Source: Candidatus Latescibacterota bacterium (GTDB lineage: Bacteria; Latescibacterota; 4484-107; B68-G9). From it: a stretch of 37,455 bases of DNA. The translations under genes and the position numbers were made by a program. Below the pieces are notes generated by a model that did no database searches, had not been told where the DNA came from, and saw only the letters and a program-made list of their open reading frames with translations. The first letter of the stretch is position 1, and each line of letters opens with the position of its first letter. Below are positions 31,357-37,455 of the stretch, piece by piece. The stretch covers positions 1-37,455 of the forward strand of contig QNCW01000002.1 in NCBI GenBank assembly GCA_003645885.1, read 5' to 3'.

Positions 31357-32438
31357 TCGGTGTCCCCAAAGAGGTAAAGGAAGGGGAGAGGCGTGTGGGC
31401 ATGACCCCAGCGGGGGTCCGCTCCTTAGTCTCGGAGGGACACAGGGTCCTGGTCGAGGGCGGGGCGGGGGTGGGAAGCGGGATAGATGACGAGGATTATG
31501 CATCGGCCGGAGCCGAGGTGGTCTCCACCGCGCAGGAGGTCTGGGAGAGGGCGGACATGATAGTCAAGGTTAAGGAGCCGGTCAGCTCCGAGTACAGGTT
31601 CCTGAGGGAGGGGCTCGTCCTCTTCACGTACCTGCACCTGGCCGCCAATCCGGAGCTCACATGGAAGCTCGTGGATACCGGGGTCACGGCCTTGGCCTAC
31701 GAGACCGTGGAGACGGAAGATGGTTACCTCCCACTGCTGGCGCCCATGAGCCAGATAGCTGGAAGGATGTCCGTCCAGGTCGGGGCAAGGTTGCTCGAGG
31801 CGGACTGTGGGGAGGGGATACTGCTGGGAGGGATACCGGGGGTCCCTCCAGCAGATGTCGTCGTAATAGGGGCGGGGGCCGTGGGGAGCAACGCAGCAAG
31901 GATAGCCGTGGGAATGGGTGCCAAGGTGACGGTCCTGGATGTGGACGGCCGCAAGCTTAGGCACCTGGAGGAGGTGCTCCACGGCCGCCTGATCACCTTG
32001 AACTCCCATGCGGAGAACATAGAAAGGGCGGTGTTGAAGGCCGACCTGGTCATAGGTTGCGTGTACAAGGTGGGGGAGAGGGCTCCCGTGCTCGTCGGCG
32101 AGGATCTGGTGCGCTCGATGAGGAAGGGAGCTGTGATAGTAGATGTTGCGGTGGACCAAGGTGGATGCGTCGAGACGAGCCGCCCCACGAGCTTCGAATC
32201 CCCGACCTTCGTCGTGCACGACGTCGTCCACTACGGGGTCTCGAACATGCCGGCTGCCGTTCCGAGGACCAGCACCCGTGCCCTCACCGACGTGACCCTC
32301 CCCTACATCCTGAAGATGGCCAACATGGGGGTGGAGAGGGCCTTAGAGGACGACCCATCCCTCAGAAGGGGGCTGAACGTCCACAGAGGCTCTATATTGC
32401 ATCCCGGAGTCGCCGCAAGCGTGGGGAGGTACGGATGA
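31350..32438 (+). CDS. ald: Alanine dehydrogenase
   Basis: GTG start at 31350 or 31353 with AAAGGAGG at 31333-31340. [39 protein letters not shown], NAD-binding [28 protein letters not shown], and [16 protein letters not shown] are the classic Ald/PNT-type signatures. Confidence 0.92.
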   Translation: [362 protein letters not shown]

Positions 32439-33283
32439 ACCTTCGGATAAGGCAGATGAGGCCGTCGGATGTCGTGGCCGTCGTCCGCATAGCCAACCAG
32501 GCGTTCCTCGAGACCGCCAGGCTCGGTTGGCTCATGGGCAGGAGGGCGGTCGATAGGCTCGTGGAGGACAGGGAGTGCCTTTTCGTGGCCGAGGCAGGTG
32601 GGGAGGTGGTGGGCTTCGTGGTCGGGGGATGCAGCGGGGACAGGGCGACCATAGGCTGGATAGCGGTCCATCCGGACTACTGGGGGAGGGGGATAGGAGG
32701 GATGCTCCTGGGGGCGGTCGAGGAGGTGGCCCGCAGGAAGGGGATCGGGGTGGTGGAGACCGGAACACCGTTCGCCCGCTCCTTCTACGAAAAGCACGGC
32801 TTCAGGTGCGTAGGGGTGGACCGTTGTATGGTTTTGGAACTTGTGGGAAGGGCCATATCCCTCCCCGAGGGTGTGCGGGTCCGCACCTTGATGTTGGACG
32901 ACATCGGGTCGCTTATCGAACTTATGGGGGAGGACGAATGGCTCAGGTTCTCGAGGGCGTTCTTTTCGGCTTACGAGGACGACCCTGAAAAGGCGATAAT
33001 GGTAACATCTAAGGAAGGGACGACCTTAGGGGTTGCGGTGGGAGAGAACGATCGTACTTACGGTGAGCTTGTGACGCTCACCTACATGTTCGTCGGAAGG
33101 GAAGGGGATGCTATGAAGGTGCTGGATTCCATGGCATACCTTGCATCCTCGAGGGGCCATAGGTGGCTCGGGGTGAGGTTGCCGCTTGAGGGAACGTCCC
33201 AGGAGGAGCTCGAGGGGAGGGGATGGGAGGATGCCAAGCTTCCATCCTTCTGGACCAGGTACAGGATGAGGAAGGAGATCTGA
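32435..33283 (+). CDS. GNAT-family N-acetyltransferase (282 aa, GNAT domain plus C-terminal extension)
   Basis: ATGA overlap with ald. IRQMRPSDVVAVVRIANQAF...VVGFVVGG...IGWIAVHPDYWGRGIGGMLLGAVEEVARRKG...FYEKHGF is the acetyl-CoA-binding Q/R-x-x-G-x-G/A motif context. Confidence 0.85.
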   Translation: MNLRIRQMRPSDVVAVVRIANQAFLETARLGWLMGRRAVDRLVEDRECLFVAEAGGEVVGFVVGGCSGDRATIGWIAVHPDYWGRGIGGMLLGAVEEVARRKGIGVVETGTPFARSFYEKHGFRCVGVDRCMVLELVGRAISLPEGVRVRTLMLDDIGSLIELMGEDEWLRFSRAFFSAYEDDPEKAIMVTSKEGTTLGVAVGENDRTYGELVTLTYMFVGREGDAMKVLDSMAYLASSRGHRWLGVRLPLEGTSQEELEGRGWEDAKLPSFWTRYRMRKEI

Positions 33284-33293
33284 GGAGGTCAGG

Positions 33294-34709
33294 ATGAAGG
33301 CAGGGGCTGGTAAGGTCAGGATAACGCCGCCTGTGGGCATACCCATACTGGGTCACCTGTTCAGGGTGTCCGAGGGGGTGCACGACGACCTGTGGGCCAA
33401 GGTCCTGCTCTTCGAGGAGGGAGGGGAGGTCGGGGGGTTGGTCGCCCTGGACCTGGCTTGGCCGATGCCTGAGGGGGACTACGTCAAGATAAGGGATGCC
33501 ATCCAGGATGCGACCGGCATCCCGGGCCAGAACTTCATGGTAAGCTGCACCCATTGCCATTCCGGCCCTGCGTTCAAGCCCCATCCGGGCTTTCCCATCC
33601 CCCTCAAGCGACAGAGGGAACTGATAGAGCCTTGGGTGGAGGAGCTGCCGCACAAGGTTGCGAAGGCGGCCGAGCTTGCGGCCTCCGACATGAGGGAAGT
33701 GGAGGTCAGGTTCGGGAGGGTCCCCATCACCGGGCTCACGTACAACCGCAGGAAGCGAATACCTGAGGGGGTGGCATCCCTCATCAACGTCTCGGCCAAG
33801 GAAAGCAGGTACTATTACGGGGATGCATCCGAGATACCCGAAAGCATAAGGCAGCAGTACGTCCACTGGGGCATGCCGAGGCAGATGGCCGAGGAGCTGC
33901 CCCCCTCCATACCTGACGGTCCGATAGATCCGGACCTGACGGTGATCTGCTTCGATGGTGTGGCGATACTGGTGAACTTCGCATGTCATGCGGTCGCCAC
34001 CGCGCCGCCCGTTCCGAACCTCATATCGGCAGGCTTTCCGGGGTACATGGCGGAGCTGGTTGAGCAGGCCACGGGTGCCGTCTGCCTTTTCACCACGGGT
34101 GCGAGCGGGGACATCAGACCTTACAGGTCGAAGCCGAGGGGGTTCGAGGAGGTCGAAAGGATAGGCCTTGCGCTCGCTGCGGGCGTCATGAAGGCCAGGG
34201 AGGGGGCCCTGCCCATCGAGGACAGGAAGGTCAAGGTCGCAAGCGAGTTCGTCGAGGTCCCCCTGAGGGAGTACCCTCCGAAGGACGAGGTTTCCCGCAT
34301 CCTGAAGGAGATGGAGGAGGAGTTCGAAAGGGCGAGGTCCCAGGGCAGGTACAAGGATGCTAAGCGCTTGCTCGACAGGATGAACGCCCTCGACTATCCT
34401 ATAAGGTACTTCGACTGGATAGACCAGAGGGGGACCGTAAGGATAGAGCTTCAGGCCATCTGGATAGGGGACGTCGTGCTCCTGAGCATCCCCAACGAGG
34501 TGAACGTGGGCCTGGGGCTGGAGCTCAAGGAGAGGGCGGGGACGGATAAGCTCGTCCTTGTGACCCTGGCAAACGGCTTCTACATGTACCTGCTGAAGAG
34601 GGAGGAGTACGAGGAGGGGGGATACGAGGAGGCCGCATGTCGCTTCGCACCTGGTTCGGGCGAGATGGTGGTCGAGGCAGCCGTCAGGCTCGTGGGAGGA
34701 AGGAGGTAA
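33294..34709 (+). CDS. Neutral/alkaline ceramidase-like amidohydrolase, paralog 1 (471 aa), no signal peptide
   Basis: MKAGAGKVRITPPVGIPILGH....HDDLWAKVLLFEEGGEVGGLVALDL, VSCTHCHSGP, LVNFACHAV....NLISAGFPGY and LANGFYMYLL..EEYEEGGYE follow the Ceramidase_alk N-terminal-domain pattern (TP..G..m.GY, THTHSGP, H.tS...N.liS.D, gY..t.eEY). Confidence 0.7.
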   Translation: MKAGAGKVRITPPVGIPILGHLFRVSEGVHDDLWAKVLLFEEGGEVGGLVALDLAWPMPEGDYVKIRDAIQDATGIPGQNFMVSCTHCHSGPAFKPHPGFPIPLKRQRELIEPWVEELPHKVAKAAELAASDMREVEVRFGRVPITGLTYNRRKRIPEGVASLINVSAKESRYYYGDASEIPESIRQQYVHWGMPRQMAEELPPSIPDGPIDPDLTVICFDGVAILVNFACHAVATAPPVPNLISAGFPGYMAELVEQATGAVCLFTTGASGDIRPYRSKPRGFEEVERIGLALAAGVMKAREGALPIEDRKVKVASEFVEVPLREYPPKDEVSRILKEMEEEFERARSQGRYKDAKRLLDRMNALDYPIRYFDWIDQRGTVRIELQAIWIGDVVLLSIPNEVNVGLGLELKERAGTDKLVLVTLANGFYMYLLKREEYEEGGYEEAACRFAPGSGEMVVEAAVRLVGGRR

Positions 34710-34712
34710 AAG

Positions 34713-36011
34713 ATGACCGCCGGCACATCGGCCGTATGCATAACCCCGAGCGTCGGCCTGGACAACATGGGGGATTATCTCCGCCTCAAGCCCGCTTTGG
34801 GGGTGGAGGACGAACTCTTCGCCAAGGCCCTCGTCCTGGAGGACGGCGAGAGGAAGGTGGCCATAGTTACTGCGGACATCATAGCCTTTACGGACGAACT
34901 TACCAAGGAGACCCGGAGGAGGATAGAAGAACTTACGGGTATAAAGGGCGAAAACGTGCTCCTCAGCGCATCCCATACCCACTCCTCTCCTGCGGTGGCG
35001 GAGAAGGACGGGGCATCGAGGGATTACCTCACCGAGCTTTCCAAGAAGATAGCAGGTGCTGTGTTCATGGCGGACAGGAACAGGAGGGAGGCCCTGGTGG
35101 GGTGCGGTGTGGGTGAGGCCAAGGTGAGCATAAACAGGTGGCAGAGGAAGGATGGTGGGGTTCGCTGGGGGCCGAACCCGGAAGCTCCTGTCGACCACGA
35201 CGTCCTGGTGATGCGTGTGGACGATGCCCGTGGGAGGCCCATGGCCATACTGGTGAACTTCGCATCCCATCCCTCCATACTTGGGGCCGACAACCTCCTT
35301 TATTCCGGGGACTACGTCAGCCACGTCCAGGGGGTGATAGAGAAGGTATACGACGGAGACGTGACGGCGATGTTCACGACCGGCGCCGGAGGGGACGTTA
35401 AGATAGCTGTGTTGACGGAGGACGGAGCTAACTTCCGCTACGGCGATCCTGAGGACTGCCGCCGCTTCGGGACAATTATAGCAGCCGAGGCCTTAAAGGT
35501 CGCACAGTTGACGAAGCCGAAGCAGGTCCGGAGGGTGGAAGCCAAGACCAGGAAGGTCGAGCTTCCCCTCGTCGAGCTTCCGAGCGCCGATGAGATCGAG
35601 GCCGAGCTCCGCAGGCTCGAAAGGGCAGAGCCGTCCGTAGAAAGGTCGCTCGAGATCAACTGGGCCAGGGACACCCTCGAGGCCCTGAGGGAGGGGAGGG
35701 CTCCCAAGAGCATCCCTGCAGAGGTCCAGCTCCTGAGGATAGGGGAGGATGTTGCCTTCTTCGCAGTGCCGGGGGAGCTATTCGTGGAGGTTGGAATTAA
35801 ACTTAAGCAGGCCATGAAAGTTCCGTGCCCGTTCGTAGTGGCATACGCAAACGGGAGCCTGGGCTACCTTCCTTCCAAGCGCGCCGAGGAGTGGGGCTGG
35901 TGTAGGCACGACACCTCTTACAGGCTCTCAGGAAGGCCGGCCAACTTTTCCGGGGCTGTGGAGGAAGTGCTTCTGGAGGCCCTCTTCGGGATGATGGAGG
36001 AGGGAAGATGA
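34713..36011 (+). CDS. Neutral/alkaline ceramidase-like amidohydrolase, paralog 2 (432 aa)
   Basis: GTSAVCITPSVGLDNMGDY...EDELFAKALVLEDGERKVAIVTADI, LSASHTHSSP, LVNFASHPSILGADNLLYSGDY, YANGSLGYLPS. Shares a 19-nt identical string with paralog 1 (33966-33984 = 35247-35265). Confidence 0.75.
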   Translation: MTAGTSAVCITPSVGLDNMGDYLRLKPALGVEDELFAKALVLEDGERKVAIVTADIIAFTDELTKETRRRIEELTGIKGENVLLSASHTHSSPAVAEKDGASRDYLTELSKKIAGAVFMADRNRREALVGCGVGEAKVSINRWQRKDGGVRWGPNPEAPVDHDVLVMRVDDARGRPMAILVNFASHPSILGADNLLYSGDYVSHVQGVIEKVYDGDVTAMFTTGAGGDVKIAVLTEDGANFRYGDPEDCRRFGTIIAAEALKVAQLTKPKQVRRVEAKTRKVELPLVELPSADEIEAELRRLERAEPSVERSLEINWARDTLEALREGRAPKSIPAEVQLLRIGEDVAFFAVPGELFVEVGIKLKQAMKVPCPFVVAYANGSLGYLPSKRAEEWGWCRHDTSYRLSGRPANFSGAVEEVLLEALFGMMEEGR

Positions 36012-37243
36012 AGAGGATGGAGTCGCTCGCCAGGAGGGTGTTCGTCGGGGGGCGAGAGCTTCCCCCCTTGCCGAGGCGCCCCTCCAAGGTCCTGGAGGCG
36101 GAAGTACCGCCGGGCAGGCGCCTGCAAGCGGGTGCTGCCAAGGTGGACGTCACTCCGTCCGGTCCTGTGACCATACGGGGATTCACTCCCAGGACGTCCA
36201 CAGGGGTCCACAGGAACCTGTACGTGAGGGCCCTGGTCCTGGACGACGGGGAGGAGAAGTTGGCGGTGCTCAGCTGGGAGAAGCTCAACCTCTACCACAC
36301 ACCAGATGGGTTCGAGAGGGTCGCAGACCTCAGGGAGAGGATAAAAGAGCTTATCGGGATACCTCCAGAAAACGTGCTGATAAACGCTTCCCACACCCAC
36401 TCGGGATGCGAGGGGCCTTTCGAGGAAGCCTCGGTTGAGGCCGTGGAACTTGCCTGGAGGAACATGCGGGAGGCGAGGATAGGGGCGGGCTCGAAGATGA
36501 TATACGGCATAGGCTCGAACAGGAGGCTTCCGGACGGGACGGGGCTTTGGGGATGCAACCAGCCTAACCCAGAGGGCATCATGGACAACGAATGTGGAGT
36601 CGTGAGGATCGAGGACATGCAACGCAAGATCTTAGCTGTCCTGATCAACTACTCAGCCCATCCCTCGGTGCTGGACGCCAACAACACCCTCTTGAGCGGA
36701 GATTACGCAGGGGTCGCCATGGCCGAGGTGGAGGATGCCCTCGAAGGGTCCGTGGCCCTCTTCCTCCAGGGGTGTGCCGGAGACACCGGAACCCACACTT
36801 TCAGGAGGAAGAGGAGCATTTCGGAGGCGGAGAGGTTGGGAAGGAAGCTTGCAAAGGAGGTCGTCGGGATCGTCAAGCATATAGACGTCCTGCCCTGGGT
36901 CCCGTTGAAGGCCAAGAGCAAATTCATCGAGCTCCCACGGAAGGGGGGGAACGGGATAAAGGACGAAATTCAGGTTATGGCCATGGACGACTGCGCCATC
37001 GCCTGCGTCGGCTCGATGGAAGCATATGTGGACATAGGTTTGAAGGTAAAGCAGGCATCCCCCTTCAAGCATACTTTCACGGTGGCCTACTCGAACGGAC
37101 CTTGGCTTGGCTACCTTCCGTCGGAGCACGGGTTTGCGGTCAACGATCCGGACGCAAGGGAGACCCCCTTCGCCCCCGATGCGGTGAAGGTGCTGATCTT
37201 TGAGTGCACGGAGCTATTGAAGGAGGTACGTGCTGAGCTATGA
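36008..37243 (+). CDS. Neutral/alkaline ceramidase-like amidohydrolase, paralog 3 (411 aa)
   Basis: ATGA overlap with paralog 2. AGAAKVDVTPSGPVTIRGF...NLYVRALVLDDGEEKLAVLSWE, INASHTHSGC, LINYSAHPSVLDANNTLLSGDY, YSNGPWLGYLPS. Confidence 0.75.
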   Translation: MKRMESLARRVFVGGRELPPLPRRPSKVLEAEVPPGRRLQAGAAKVDVTPSGPVTIRGFTPRTSTGVHRNLYVRALVLDDGEEKLAVLSWEKLNLYHTPDGFERVADLRERIKELIGIPPENVLINASHTHSGCEGPFEEASVEAVELAWRNMREARIGAGSKMIYGIGSNRRLPDGTGLWGCNQPNPEGIMDNECGVVRIEDMQRKILAVLINYSAHPSVLDANNTLLSGDYAGVAMAEVEDALEGSVALFLQGCAGDTGTHTFRRKRSISEAERLGRKLAKEVVGIVKHIDVLPWVPLKAKSKFIELPRKGGNGIKDEIQVMAMDDCAIACVGSMEAYVDIGLKVKQASPFKHTFTVAYSNGPWLGYLPSEHGFAVNDPDARETPFAPDAVKVLIFECTELLKEVRAEL

Positions 37244-37455
37244 AGGGGATAACTTACGAGGTCAGGGGCTCCACCGTATATGCCCTCGAGGGAGGAGAGG
37301 AGGCGGGCCGGGTCGAGGTCCCCGAGATAGAGCTTCACTGGGCCGACGGGGTCTACGTGAGGCTGGCGGGGATAGCAGGGGTGTGGACCAGGGAGGACCT
37401 CAGGGGGAGGGGGATAGCATCGAGGATGATGGAGGAGGCCAAGAGGTTCGCCATC
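37240..37455 (+). CDS. GNAT-like acetyltransferase, 5' partial (runs off the window)
   Basis: ATGA overlap with the preceding stop. The open frame to the window end reads MKGITYEVRGSTVYALEGGEEAGRVEV...LAGIAGVWTREDLRGRGIASRMMEEAKRFAI, and R-G-R-G-I-A is a GNAT motif-A-like element. Confidence 0.55.
   Translation, partial: MKGITYEVRGSTVYALEGGEEAGRVEVPEIELHWADGVYVRLAGIAGVWTREDLRGRGIASRMMEEAKRFAI

Noticed and set aside
33111-35324. 737-aa ORF on the minus strand
   Set aside because: It lies antisense to two ceramidase-like genes that have clear family motifs. Its translation is low-complexity and Pro/Leu/His/Gly-rich with no motif, signal or SD. It is explained by the AGG/ATA/GGG codon bias of the + strand.
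1-37455. CRISPR arrays, rRNA/tRNA genes, integrases, transposases, toxin-antitoxin pairs or known defence systems
   Set aside because: I found none on either strand when reading the spacers and ORF translations. All spacers are 123 nt or shorter.

Overview
All 29 credible genes in this 37.5-kb window lie on the + strand, and two of them are cut by the window edges. They are tightly packed, with many overlapping stop/start codons. I recognised no rRNA, tRNA, CRISPR array, transposase or integrase. The codon habit (AGG Arg, ATA Ile, GGG Gly; Glu/Lys/Arg/Tyr-rich proteins) and the Por/T9SS-type C-terminal sorting tails suggest an uncultured thermophilic diderm bacterium with FCB-superphylum-like envelope biology; this is inference. 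Block I (1-21408) is entirely envelope-targeted. It holds three tandem paralogous 860-950 aa predicted outer-membrane proteins with Asp-rich calcium-binding-type repeats, a CBM-like secreted protein bracketed by a perfect 17-nt inverted repeat, and a 1068-aa TPR protein. It also holds a small membrane protein, two right-handed beta-helix proteins with T9SS tails, an FN3-like lipoprotein, and an ExbB-ExbD-ExbD motor. The TonB slot of that motor is occupied by a TM-anchored DUF4159-like protein, followed by another lipoprotein. I consider this block the best candidate for an undescribed proton-motive-force-driven trans-envelope system. It ends at an intergenic G-quadruplex motif plus T-run. Block II (21490-27443) encodes a Gfo/Idh/MocA oxidoreductase, a GH130 phosphorylase-like enzyme, a ROK regulator and a polytopic spermidine-synthase-like membrane protein with a TPR tail. 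Block III (27567 to the window end) is a translationally coupled cytoplasmic operon. It encodes a Cys-rich small protein, a GH20-like hexosaminidase, a hypothetical protein, alanine dehydrogenase, a GNAT, three tandem neutral-ceramidase-like hydrolase paralogs, and a second GNAT (partial). All family assignments are motif recognition by eye; no database search was possible.
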